Source: Myxococcota bacterium (GTDB lineage Bacteria; Myxococcota_A; SURF-8). From it: a stretch of DNA of 64,000 nt. Shown one piece after another: positions 48,382 to 57,998 of the stretch (position 1 is the stretch's first letter; the number at the start of each line of letters is the position of its first letter). Made by a program: the position numbers and the translations under genes. The stretch spans positions 96,001 to 160,000 of the forward strand of contig CAXXQS010000001.1 in the NCBI GenBank assembly GCA_963674735.2, written 5' to 3'. The notes under the pieces were generated by a model. That model ran no database searches, had not been told where the DNA came from, and was given only the letters and a program-made list of their open reading frames with translations.

Positions 48382-50505
48382 TTAACGGCTGTTTCCGTCG
48401 CAACTGCTTTGGCAGAAGCCGATTTCGCCGCTCAAACCGGTCAAACCCGGATTGCCGGAGCTTGCGCCGCCCGTGCCCCCTTCGTATCCGCTGCATGGGG
48501 AGTCGCTCACCTGGTTAAGATCCGGTGTTCCATCGGGTGAGAAGAAGTAGAAGCAGTAGCTCGGACCACCGCCGCCTCCGCCGCCGTAACCACCGCGGCC
48601 GCCCGCGCCACCCATGCCTCCGTCGCCGCCATGGCCGGGAACCTGTTCAAAGGTGGGGCAGCAGGTGGAAACAGGTCCGCCAGGGCCTTTGGCTCCGGCG
48701 GTTCCGGCCGCTCCGCCGTCTTGTCCCACTCCGCCGTCGCCGCCTTTGGCGACCGTAACGGTCGTGTGGCTGACCGGGCAGTCCGTTTCGACGAACAGAA
48801 TACCGAAAGACGCTCCGCCGCCCTGGCCGTTGGCGCCTTCCTGGCCACCGCAGCCGCCGGAACCGCCGCCGCCGCCATAGCTTCCCGTTACCGTGCACAT
48901 GTAAATCCCTTCGAGGTTACCCCCGTTGCCTCCACCTCCGCCACCGCCACCGCCGGTGCCGCTTGTGCCCGGCTCCGCATCGTAATCCAGGCCGCCGGGA
49001 GCACCTTGATACCAGCCATCCGCAAAAGTTCCCAGGTTGGGTCCGGCTGAAGCATTGCTGCCATTTTCGCCATTGACGCCGTTCGAGCCATCCTCGCCAT
49101 CCTGGCTTTGGTTATCGGAGCAGGCCCCACCCGCGCCTCCTTCATTCGGGGCGTTGTTGATCCCATAGCCTTTGGTTCCATTGCTGCAAACATCCGCATA
49201 CCTATCGCCAATGCCGCCATACCCGCCGTTTCCGGGCTGGTCGGGCGCATAGTGACAAATTGGGGCCGTGCCGCCCGGTGTTTCGCCCGGTATGATATGA
49301 TCCGAGTCACAGCGATAGTCGGTCTCCCATTCAAAAGCTTCCTCGCCTTCATCGCCTTGATCTCCCGCTTCACCGTCCGTGCCCTTTCCCGTGCCGTCCG
49401 CGCCGTTGCCACCCTCGCCAACGGTGATGGTCAGGTGCGACATGGAGAGCGCCGGGGCGTTTTGCACGTGAATGCCGTAGTTGCTGCCGCCCTGCGTACT
49501 GGTGTTGTCGGCGATGGTGAGGATGAAATTTTGCAATTTGGTGGTGCTCGTGATGTCGTGCGCGTATATTCCCACCTGGTTGTCGTTTGTATCGAGCGCA
49601 TCGACCGCAATCGTGACATTGTATTCGCTGTTGCGTTGCCAGCCCACTGGTTTGTGGTAATCGCCGAACAGGCTGACGCCGTCGGGGATCGTCAGCGGAC
49701 CGACATAATCGTAGGCGCTCACCAGCACGTAATGCTTGTCCGGGTTCCCGGCAGCGGTGTCCAGGGCGGCTTGAATGGTGCGCTTGGGCAGGTCCATGGT
49801 GCCCGGATTGTAGTCGTCGCCGCCGTGCTGCTCGGGGGCCACGAAGACCGCGGCGCAGATCACGCCGTCGATACCGTCGTTGTTTTCGTCCACGTAATTC
49901 GGGTCCGGCCAGTCGTCGGCCGGGTTGCACGAATCGGAGATGCACACATTGTCCTGGCAGCTCTGGCCGTCGCCGCAGCTACCGCAGTCGCAGCCCTGAT
50001 AACTGCCACAGTGGCCGTTGCAGACGCTGTTGCAGTCGGGGACGCCATCGGCATCGCCATCCGTATCACCATCCGTATCGCCATCCGTATCACCGTCGCT
50101 GTCCCCGTCGGCATCGACGCAGAGGCAGAATTCGATGGTGGCGTCTTCGGTCGTGACGTCTCCGCAACCCTCGGATACCTGTTCGAAGCCGGAGGCGCAG
50201 ACGTCATCGCAATCCTGCAAGGTCCAGTTGCCGTCGATGCAGAATTCGATATCGTCGCCGGAACAACGGGTGTCGCCGTGCAGGCAGGGGCCGTCATCTT
50301 CTGATAGGTCGCCATCGGGTGTCTCCCCGTCGGAACCATCTCCGTCAGAATCGTCGCCGTCGGAAGTATCTCCGTCGGAAGTATCTCCGTCCGGCTTGTC
50401 GCCATCGGTTTCCAAGCCTGCTACGTCTGTGCCGCTACAAGCCGAAAGCAGCAAAAGAAGCAACAATATGGGCACCGCAAAATGTGTGTAAGCGAGTATG
50501 CGCAA
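48382..50505 (-). CDS. Lipoprotein: DGD repeats, 8-Cys module, DUF1565-like/beta-helix region and Gly-rich (PGRS-like) tail
   Basis: Lipobox LSAC; DGD runs; DENNDGIDG...VFVA...GDDYNPGT..PKRTIQAA; GGGGGGGG / GGGGGSGGCGG / GGASFGI segments. Confidence 0.8.
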   Translation of the reverse strand: MRILAYTHFAVPILLLLLLLSACSGTDVAGLETDGDKPDGDTSDGDTSDGDDSDGDGSDGETPDGDLSEDDGPCLHGDTRCSGDDIEFCIDGNWTLQDCDDVCASGFEQVSEGCGDVTTEDATIEFCLCVDADGDSDGDTDGDTDGDTDGDADGVPDCNSVCNGHCGSYQGCDCGSCGDGQSCQDNVCISDSCNPADDWPDPNYVDENNDGIDGVICAAVFVAPEQHGGDDYNPGTMDLPKRTIQAALDTAAGNPDKHYVLVSAYDYVGPLTIPDGVSLFGDYHKPVGWQRNSEYNVTIAVDALDTNDNQVGIYAHDITSTTKLQNFILTIADNTSTQGGSNYGIHVQNAPALSMSHLTITVGEGGNGADGTGKGTDGEAGDQGDEGEEAFEWETDYRCDSDHIIPGETPGGTAPICHYAPDQPGNGGYGGIGDRYADVCSNGTKGYGINNAPNEGGAGGACSDNQSQDGEDGSNGVNGENGSNASAGPNLGTFADGWYQGAPGGLDYDAEPGTSGTGGGGGGGGGNGGNLEGIYMCTVTGSYGGGGGSGGCGGQEGANGQGGGASFGILFVETDCPVSHTTVTVAKGGDGGVGQDGGAAGTAGAKGPGGPVSTCCPTFEQVPGHGGDGGMGGAGGRGGYGGGGGGGPSYCFYFFSPDGTPDLNQVSDSPCSGYEGGTGGASSGNPGLTGLSGEIGFCQSSCDGNSR

Positions 50506-50954
50506 AAGTTACCTCCCCTTGGTAATTACTGCTGGTATTTTGGTTATTGGTATCTGTATGACAGTTGAAAAGTACCATATATGGGAAGGTGGGAATCGTC
50601 AAGCAAGTAGTGTCTCAAAAAGTAAAAATATTTAGAAGATAAGGTATGTTTAATTTTAAAGTAATTGTTAAAATGAAGCATTTGCAAATAAGCAAACCGC
50701 CAGCCGATGGATCGTTGCCGCTAACCGGTTTTCTTCAATGAAAAACCGGGACGATCCCGATGGACCGTCCCGGCTGCGCGCGAGTGAAATGTGGTGATCA
50801 GTTGTTGTTCGACAGCGTGACTTGGATGATATCCGCGACCGCCGGATAGTTGAAGCCATCAGCGTAGGCCGAAGCCATCCGTCACCACTTGAGCTTTTTG
50901 TTCGGTTTGAAATCGAGGCGCTGAAACTCGGTGCGTAAAAGGGCGCATGCGTGT

Positions 50955-50983
50955 TTGATCGACCGCGCAAACCCATGTATAAT
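50955..50983 (+). promoter_or_regulatory. Sigma70 promoter, probably giving a leaderless transcript
   Basis: TTGATC-N17-TATAAT ending 6 nt before the ATG at 50990; no Shine-Dalgarno sequence in between. Confidence 0.6.
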
Positions 50984-50989
50984 AGGCTC

Positions 50990-51616
50990 ATGAAAACGCT
51001 CATCCATCCCATGTACGAGGCCGACCGCGATTTGATCGCCGAGGCATTGCGCGAGAACGCAGTCAAAGTAGCCGTGTCGCGCCCCGACGGCGTGCAGGTG
51101 GTTTTGGGGCGTGCCTCTGATGCCACCCGTGAAGTGTTTGCGGAGGCGATCGAAAACGAACGCGTGCCGCTTGTGCGACGGCGCGGCGGAGGCTGTGCGG
51201 TGGTGCTCGATCCCGGAAACCTGGTGGTCTCGGCGGTGTTGCCGGGGCGGCGACCGCTCGACCTGGTGCGGGCGTTCGAGCGGCTTTCAGGCTGGTTGAT
51301 CGCGGGTTTGACGGCCTGCGGCGTGGCGAACCTGCACCAGCGCGGCATTTCCGATTTGGCCGTCGGAGATCGCAAAATATCGGGCTCGGCCATGCATCGC
51401 GCGAAGGACTATCTCTATTATTCGGCCACGCTGCTCGTGTGTCCCGAGCTTGATCGGATGACGCGCTATCTGCCCCATCCACCGCGTGAGCCGGACTATC
51501 GGCGCGGTCGCGAGCATGGGGAATTCGTCGGCACATTGGCTGCATTGTCAGGCATACACGACCCCGTCGCTTTTGCGGAAAAGCTGCGTCGTCGGCTCGG
51601 GACACCCGATGTTTGA
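50990..51616 (+). CDS. Lipoate-protein ligase family protein (BPL/LplA/LipB catalytic domain only)
   Basis: VVLGR, RRRGGGCAVVLDPGNL, ISDL...RKISGSA, YLPHPPREPDYRRGR. Confidence 0.85.
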   Translation: MKTLIHPMYEADRDLIAEALRENAVKVAVSRPDGVQVVLGRASDATREVFAEAIENERVPLVRRRGGGCAVVLDPGNLVVSAVLPGRRPLDLVRAFERLSGWLIAGLTACGVANLHQRGISDLAVGDRKISGSAMHRAKDYLYYSATLLVCPELDRMTRYLPHPPREPDYRRGREHGEFVGTLAALSGIHDPVAFAEKLRRRLGTPDV

Positions 51617-52424
51617 GCCGCCGCAGGGACTGCGCGGACAACGCCAAGGGGCGGCGCCTTATCGGGTGGTGGTGGTGCACGGCGGGCCGGGTGCGGCCGG
51701 GTCGTTGACACCGATGGCTGTGGAATTATCCAAAAAATGCGGGGTGTTGGAACCCTGGCAAACCGCCCGTAGCGTGGCGGGGCAAGTCGCGGAACTGGCG
51801 CGATGGATAAAAGATGAGACAGATACACCGGCGGTGTTGGTCGGGCATTCGTGGGGGGCGTGGCTGGCCGGATTGACCGCTGCCGAGTACCCGCAGGATG
51901 TTTCAAAAGTAATACTAGTGGGGAGCGGACCTTTTCGCGCGGAAGACGCGTGCGGCATTGCCGAAACGCGGTTGGCGCGGCTGAATTCCGCGCAACGCGA
52001 TGAATACGCGGCGTTGCTGACCGGTCTGCAGACGGCTGATCGGATGACGCCGCAGGCGGGGCGTCGGTTGCGCCAACTGATGGATATCACGGACCAATTC
52101 GACCTGCTGCCTGCGTTCGCACGCGAATTTACGTTGCCGGACAGCGAGATTTTTCAACAGGTGTGGCCCGAAGCCGACGCTCTGCGTCGTAGCGGCGCGC
52201 TGCTGGCGGCTTTTTCTCGCCTGAACTGCCAGGTGGTGGCGCTGCATGGCGCGTACGACCCCCATCCGGCCGCGGCCGTTTCGGACGCCCTTCGCGAAAA
52301 TATCGAGCAATTCCGAATGGATATCCTGCCTGATTGCGGGCACGAGCCCTGGGCCGAACGGCGGGCGCGCGCGCGCTTTTTCGAGATTTTGGACGCCGAA
52401 CTTGCCGATGCCGTTGGAGTTTGA
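51609..52424 (+). CDS. Alpha/beta hydrolase
   Basis: HGGPG, nucleophile motif GHSWG, HGAYDPH, CGHEPW; start ATG at 51609 overlaps the upstream stop. Confidence 0.9.
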   Translation: MFEPPQGLRGQRQGAAPYRVVVVHGGPGAAGSLTPMAVELSKKCGVLEPWQTARSVAGQVAELARWIKDETDTPAVLVGHSWGAWLAGLTAAEYPQDVSKVILVGSGPFRAEDACGIAETRLARLNSAQRDEYAALLTGLQTADRMTPQAGRRLRQLMDITDQFDLLPAFAREFTLPDSEIFQQVWPEADALRRSGALLAAFSRLNCQVVALHGAYDPHPAAAVSDALRENIEQFRMDILPDCGHEPWAERRARARFFEILDAELADAVGV

Positions 52425-52571
52425 GGACGGCGACAACGTTTTTAGCGCGTTCGAAAAAATACGCGACTTTCGATAAGATATTTACAAACGCCAAAACATG
52501 TGTTATTCTCAATAAATACGAAGTTGTAAACGGTCACATCATTCGCATATTCCCAAACGAGGAGGGTGAAA

Positions 52572-52805
52572 ATGGTCCGGGCATTCGTGTTGATGGAAGT
52601 CGAGCAAGGCAAGGTACAGAAGGTGTTGAACGCGCTCACCAAGAATGACGCGGTGCGTGAATTCGACGCCATTATGGGTAATTTTGACGTCATCGTGCAT
52701 ATCGAAGGCATCGATCAGAACGACCTCGGGCAGATCAGCTCCTCGCAGCTTGCCACGCTCGACGGCGTCCGGCGTACCATCACCTACAACGTCGTCGAGT
52801 TCTGA
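52572..52805 (+). CDS. Stand-alone Lrp/AsnC ligand-binding domain protein
   Basis: VRAFVLM...GNFDVIV...LDGVRRTIT; upstream TTTACA-N17-TATTCT at 52481. Confidence 0.85.
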   Translation: MVRAFVLMEVEQGKVQKVLNALTKNDAVREFDAIMGNFDVIVHIEGIDQNDLGQISSSQLATLDGVRRTITYNVVEF

Positions 52806-53441
52806 GTTTCGCGTCGCTATAGATAATAAATAGCGCAAACATGGCGCAATAAGCGATCAAGCATGGCGCCGAAATGTTGCAACGCCGCGTTTTTGCGAAA
52901 AGCCGGATTCCGGCCGCGTGCAACATGGACAACCTGCCGGAACAACAGAGGAAATCGTTTCCGCTTGCCCGGCTCAGGCGCGCTGCCACGCGGCAAACCG
53001 GGTGTGACGACCCTCGTTCCAACCTGCTGAAAATACAGACCTAACCCGCCAATCGACGTCCGATATCCGGGGCGACTTGCCGCCCGCCGACTGATATTCG
53101 AAAAACGTAGATAATTCAATGGCTTAAGGGCGGTACATCGAGGAGCTTAAATCATCTATTCATAGGACTATATTCACTATATTATTGTAAGACTGATAAG
53201 TCAGGCAAAACAACGTGAAGCGATACAAAGTACCGGTCGTCGGCAGAGTGTCCTCAAAGCGGCAACCCCCTGAATATAAGGCGGAAAAAGACTGCTGGAT
53301 GAGGTGGCAGATCGCGTGTCGTGGGTTGGAAAATGGATATCGACAGACGGCGGAGGCGTTTTAGTGTGACGTATTACGACCGTTCCGAATCCCCATCGGA
53401 ATACCGGGTAACGCCAACTCCAATCGAAACGGTGCATCAAG

Positions 53442-53478
53442 CGCAACGAACGCAACGAGCGCAACGAACGCAACGAGC
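53442..53478 (+). repeat. Tandem 9-bp repeat CGCAACGA(A/G) x4
   Basis: CGCAACGAA CGCAACGAG CGCAACGAA CGCAACGAG, with a fifth copy shortly after. Confidence 0.8.
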
Positions 53479-53676
53479 GAAAAACCGCAACGAGTGAAAA
53501 GCCGACCCCATGGCCATGCAGCAGGCGGGCACTCTAACAAAATTAATGAAGCCGTTCTTGTGCTATTTGCGAGGCTTTGATAGGATCAGGCCGCATCAGT
53601 CGAAAGTTCATAACGGATCAAATGTAAGTCGTAGCAGGCGGAAGCGAGTTCCGGGATCGACGGCGGGGAGTGAACG

Positions 53677-56600
53677 ATGGCGAAAACGAAAACCCAAGCG
53701 ACGAATCAAATAACAGCCACCCGATCGGGTAAGGACAAAGGCTTCGTCATCGAGAAGCCGGTCAAGCTCTTGAATAAGCAGATAGGCATTGATACGAAAA
53801 AATTCTTTGTGCATGTCGGCCAAGCGGCGGCAGCATTTATCGGTGGTGGCCCTTCAAGCTCAATACCGAAATTATTGGAAGCCGCCTCTGCTTTCAGCTT
53901 AAAGACAACACCGGAAGAACGCGCCTGGGTGTTGGTGCAACGTTCGATGGGACGCGCCCTGAAAGATCTCGTGGAAGAACAGGTCGGCGAACTTGATCTT
54001 GAACGTCTTGAACAAGCGGTGGAGATTGCCGATAAACTCGATTACGGGCTTGAAACTGAAACCGTCGAAATCGACACCCGGTTTTTCGACAATCCCGGCG
54101 CGTGCAGGTATGTCGAGATGATGCGGCCCGTTTTCGAAAGCTGGCTACTCGCCAGCGGCATGGATTCGGCTCGGGCGGAAAATACCGCACGGCGGCTGCC
54201 GTCCTTTTTTAACTCTGCGATCCATCACGAGTTGTATGAAAATGCGGGCAATTACGCCATGATCGTTGAGGCTTTCGACTCCCTCGCTTTCACGGCTGTT
54301 CAGCACGATGCAGATTGGCGGCGCTACCGGGCCAAACTGATGCGGCAAGTGGAAGAAAGCATGCTCGGCGAAGCCTTCGGCCTGAAGGATATCTTTATCG
54401 AGCTTCGGGCTTACTACAAGGAATCCGCGAAAACGAAAAACGAACCCCCATCCAAGCGACTTCTTGCACGCGATATGGACGATGAGAATGATAAGAAGGA
54501 AACGCGACATGTCGTCGATTTGCACGACCACGTTCGCTCCTGGATTGAACAAAGAAGCCAAAAGGATGCATTACGAGTCATCAGTGGTGGGCCCGGCAGC
54601 GGGAAATCTTCGTTTGCCAAAATGCTGGCGGCCGAGCTGGCGGCGGAAAATCGCCTTGTGCTATATATTCCCTTGCACAACATGAATCCTAAAAGCGACC
54701 TCGCCGATTCGGTCGGGGATTTCCTGCATGAGTATGACGACTTCAGGGAGAATCCACTCAGCGTTCCGCAAAGCGACCCGATCGTGCTGCTTTTCGATGG
54801 CTTGGATGAGCTGTCCGAGCGCGGCCGCGCCGGGTATGAGGCCGCCAAGCAATTTATCGAAAAACTGCTGGTGAAGCTGCACCAGAAAAATGATCAAAAA
54901 TGCCAGTGTCAAGCCTTGGTGCTGGGGCGGGATCTCTCGATACAGGCGCAAGATTATTTCTTGAAGAAGGAAAAGACCCTCCATTTATTACCTCTTTGGA
55001 TGACGGAGAAGGAACGTGAGACATTTGTCGATAGGAGAAAGAGACTTGAACACGACTTTCGGCTGGATTGGTGGGCGGCCTATTGCCGCTTGATGCAACA
55101 CGTTGATCCCGAAATGCCGGAATTCTTGAGGCGGGAAGAGCTGGAGGAAATCACGGCGGAACCTTTGCTCATTTACTTGGCGGCACAAACCTTTTTTGAT
55201 GAAAGAATCGATTTCACCCAAACCGTTAGTGTTAACCAGATTTACGGAGCCATGCTGGAATATGTTTGGGAGCGTGGATATGAAGGCCGTCAAGAAGGTC
55301 GGCGGCACAGAGTGATCGATGAATTTGAATTGAAACAAGAGGAATTCACGGCGATCATGCAGGAGGTGGGTGTGGCCGCCTGGCAGGGCCAGGGCCGAAA
55401 AGCCACAACCGAGGCGATCCATCAGCGTTGTGCCCCCAGCCTACAAAAAAAGTTCGAGCGCTTCGCCGATGACGCGCAGAGCGGCGTTTTGCGATTGCTC
55501 ACCGCTTTTTATCTGCGGCGCACGGCCGAGGACCGCGGCGACAACGTGATCGAATTCACGCACAAGAGCTTCGGTGAATATTTGACGGCAAGAAGGATCG
55601 TGCGGCAGTTGTACACCATGGTTGAACAATTGAAAATGCGTGAGCAAGATCAATATGGAAACAATGGTTGGGATGCGGCGGAGGCTTTGTGTAAATGGAT
55701 CGAGTTGACGGGGCCGACCGCCATGGATCGCGATCTTTACCGTTTTGTCGATCGTGAAATCGAATTGGATTATAAGCGCGATCCGGAAATGATCGAGAAT
55801 TGCCAGGAACAGATCGTCAAGTTGATGAACGTTCATCTTCGATACGGCATGCCGATGCAGGATTTGAAACCACGCCTTCCAAAATATCAGGAGGAAACGC
55901 GGCAGGCCAGAAACGCCGATGAAGCCCTGCTGGCCCTTCATTGTGCATGTGCGAAAAGAACGGGAACGTTAAGCCAAATCAAGTGGCCGGAGAAAACGAG
56001 CGCCGGTGCGTGGCTGAGTCGCTTGCAACCTCAGCGATTGGACCTAACAACCACATTAGCTTATGACTGTTTCTCGGATTTGGATTTTTCGCAGCAATGT
56101 TTTGATTTTGCCAATTTCTATAGGGCAAACATACAAAGAAGTAAATTTACTCTATGTTTTATGCTTTTTGCTTCGCTTGTAGATTGTCACGCTTTAAAGG
56201 CACATTTGGAGGTCGCAAATTTATTTGAAGCAAAAATGAAACGCGCGAATTTAAAAGGCGCGTATTTGGATGGTGCGAATATGATTCGCGCGAATTTAAG
56301 TGATGCAAAATTGAATGGTGCGAATTTAAGGGATACAAAATTGAATAGTGCGAATTTGAGAGGCGCGAATTTAAGGGATGCAAAATTGAATGGTGCGAAT
56401 TTAAGGGATGCAAAAATGGGTTACGCGGATTTGGGTTACGCGGATTTGGAAGGCGCGGATTTGGAAGGTGCGCAATTGGAAATCGCGATTTTGGAAGATG
56501 CGAATTTGAGCGATGCGAATTTGTGGGGTGCAAATTTGAGGGATGCGAATTTGAGGGACGCGAATTTGGAAGGCGCGAATTTGGTAAACGCGAATTTGGA

Positions 56601-56739
56601 ACGTGCGAATTTGGGACGCGCGGATTTGAGCGGCGCGGATTTGAGAGGCGCGAATTTGGAAGGCGCGAATTTCGAGGGTGCGAATTTGACCGGCACCATT
56701 CTGGATAAGAAGCGCAAGCCCCGAAAAAGCACCGACTAG
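53677..56739 (+). CDS. NACHT NTPase with C-terminal pentapeptide repeats
   Basis: Walker A GGPGSGKS, Walker B LLFDGLDEL, EPLL, FTHKSFGEYL; long A(N/D)LxG/D pentapeptide tail. Confidence 0.92.
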   Translation: MAKTKTQATNQITATRSGKDKGFVIEKPVKLLNKQIGIDTKKFFVHVGQAAAAFIGGGPSSSIPKLLEAASAFSLKTTPEERAWVLVQRSMGRALKDLVEEQVGELDLERLEQAVEIADKLDYGLETETVEIDTRFFDNPGACRYVEMMRPVFESWLLASGMDSARAENTARRLPSFFNSAIHHELYENAGNYAMIVEAFDSLAFTAVQHDADWRRYRAKLMRQVEESMLGEAFGLKDIFIELRAYYKESAKTKNEPPSKRLLARDMDDENDKKETRHVVDLHDHVRSWIEQRSQKDALRVISGGPGSGKSSFAKMLAAELAAENRLVLYIPLHNMNPKSDLADSVGDFLHEYDDFRENPLSVPQSDPIVLLFDGLDELSERGRAGYEAAKQFIEKLLVKLHQKNDQKCQCQALVLGRDLSIQAQDYFLKKEKTLHLLPLWMTEKERETFVDRRKRLEHDFRLDWWAAYCRLMQHVDPEMPEFLRREELEEITAEPLLIYLAAQTFFDERIDFTQTVSVNQIYGAMLEYVWERGYEGRQEGRRHRVIDEFELKQEEFTAIMQEVGVAAWQGQGRKATTEAIHQRCAPSLQKKFERFADDAQSGVLRLLTAFYLRRTAEDRGDNVIEFTHKSFGEYLTARRIVRQLYTMVEQLKMREQDQYGNNGWDAAEALCKWIELTGPTAMDRDLYRFVDREIELDYKRDPEMIENCQEQIVKLMNVHLRYGMPMQDLKPRLPKYQEETRQARNADEALLALHCACAKRTGTLSQIKWPEKTSAGAWLSRLQPQRLDLTTTLAYDCFSDLDFSQQCFDFANFYRANIQRSKFTLCFMLFASLVDCHALKAHLEVANLFEAKMKRANLKGAYLDGANMIRANLSDAKLNGANLRDTKLNSANLRGANLRDAKLNGANLRDAKMGYADLGYADLEGADLEGAQLEIAILEDANLSDANLWGANLRDANLRDANLEGANLVNANLERANLGRADLSGADLRGANLEGANFEGANLTGTILDKKRKPRKSTD
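56210..56700 (+). repeat. 15-bp periodic pentapeptide-coding repeat
   Basis: GCGAATTT(A/G) or GCGGATTTG recurring every 15 nt. Confidence 0.9.
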
Positions 56740-56757
56740 CCCCCCCTGTGTTATTTT

Positions 56758-56786
56758 TTGACGCCTTCCCGCCGGCTGGCTATAAT
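56758..56786 (+). promoter_or_regulatory. Near-consensus sigma70 promoter of cysK
   Basis: TTGACG-N17-TATAAT. Confidence 0.75.
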
Positions 56787-56860
56787 GCGCGCGCAGTCTC
56801 GGCGGCATTTCATATCGGAAAATATCCCGGCCACCGGGCGAGTCCATTCACAGGAGGCGC

Positions 56861-57775
56861 ATGATGAGCGGCAGCACGATTCTCGATCTGATCGGCAACA
56901 CTCCCTTGATCCGGGTGCCCAGCCTGATTTCCCAGCCCATTTACGGCAAGGCCGAATTCCTCAACCCCGGCGGGTCGGTGAAAGATCGCGTGGCCAAGCA
57001 TCTGATCGAATGCGCCGAAAAAGAGGGCCTGCTCAAGCCCGGCTCCATCATCGTCGAGGCCACCAGCGGCAACACCGGCATCGGTCTGGCGCTGGCGGGC
57101 GTGCAGAAGGGTTACAAGGTCGTCATCGTCATGCCCGAATCCATGAGCGAAGAACGCAAGAAAATCATCCGCGCGCTGGGGGCGGAGCTGGTGCCGACTC
57201 CGGCCGCCAAAAGCATCGGCGGTGCGGTGGCCAAGGCCGCCGAGATCCTGGCGCGCAACCCCAACGCCTGGCACGTCAACCAGTTCGGCAACCTGCACAA
57301 CCCGGAAATTCACTACCAGACCACCGGCCCGGAGATCTGGGAGCAGATGGACGGCCGCGTGGACGCGCTGGTGGCGGGCGTCGGATCGGGCGGCACGCTG
57401 CAGGGCGTGGGCAGCTTCCTCAAAGAACAAAATCCCGCCGTCAAGCTGATCGCCGTCGAGCCCGAAGGGGCCTCCGCGCTGCTGGGCGAAGAACCCGGCC
57501 TGCACAAAATCCACCAGATCCAGGGCATCGGCGATGGCTTCATCCCGGACGTGCTCGACACCTCGCTGTTTGACGACGTGCTGTGCGTCTCGGACGACGA
57601 CGCCATCTACACCACGCGCATGCTGGCGCGCCGCTGCGGTCTGCTGGTGGGCACCAGCTCCGGCGCGAACGTCTTCGCCGCCCGCAAGGTGGCCGAGGAC
57701 ATGGGCCCGGAAGCGCGCGTCGTCACCATCCTGGCCGACCGCGCCGAGCGCTATTTCTCCACCGCGCTGATCTGA
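56861..57775 (+). CDS. cysK: Cysteine synthase (O-acetylserine sulfhydrylase)
   Basis: IGNTPL, NPGGSVKDR, EATSGNTGIGLA, MPESMSEER, TTGPEI, GVGSGGT, IQGIG, SSGAN, ERYFST. Confidence 0.93.
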   Translation: MMSGSTILDLIGNTPLIRVPSLISQPIYGKAEFLNPGGSVKDRVAKHLIECAEKEGLLKPGSIIVEATSGNTGIGLALAGVQKGYKVVIVMPESMSEERKKIIRALGAELVPTPAAKSIGGAVAKAAEILARNPNAWHVNQFGNLHNPEIHYQTTGPEIWEQMDGRVDALVAGVGSGGTLQGVGSFLKEQNPAVKLIAVEPEGASALLGEEPGLHKIHQIQGIGDGFIPDVLDTSLFDDVLCVSDDDAIYTTRMLARRCGLLVGTSSGANVFAARKVAEDMGPEARVVTILADRAERYFSTALI

Positions 57776-57808
57776 GGCGGAGCGCAGCCCCACCGACCTG
57801 ACGGGGGG

Positions 57809-57935
57809 TGTCAAGTCGGCTTGACAGGCGACCGACAATCTTGTCGTTTACGGCAATGTTAACAAATAATCATCTCAATAAAATCAATGGCTTGCGGACT
57901 TCCCTAAAGCGTGTAAGATTGGCTTGTCTTTTGCA
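57809..57935 (+). promoter_or_regulatory. Sigma54 promoter with IHF site and two palindromic upstream activator sites
   Basis: TGTCAAG-TCGG-CTTGACA (57809-57826); CGACAA-TC-TTGTCG (57833-57846); AATCAATGGCTTG matching the IHF consensus WATCAANNNNTTR (57882-57894); TGGC-TTGTCTT-TTGCA with GG-N10-GC spacing (57920-57935). Confidence 0.75.
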
Positions 57936-57998
57936 ATCCATGTCAGACGCCAGAACTCGTGACAGAAACGGCGGGTTACTCCCGCTTCAAAGTGAGAC

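Noticed and set aside
53442-56700. 9-bp and 15-bp periodic repeats as possible CRISPR arrays
   Set aside because: No unique spacers and no cas genes; the 15-bp period encodes pentapeptide repeats.
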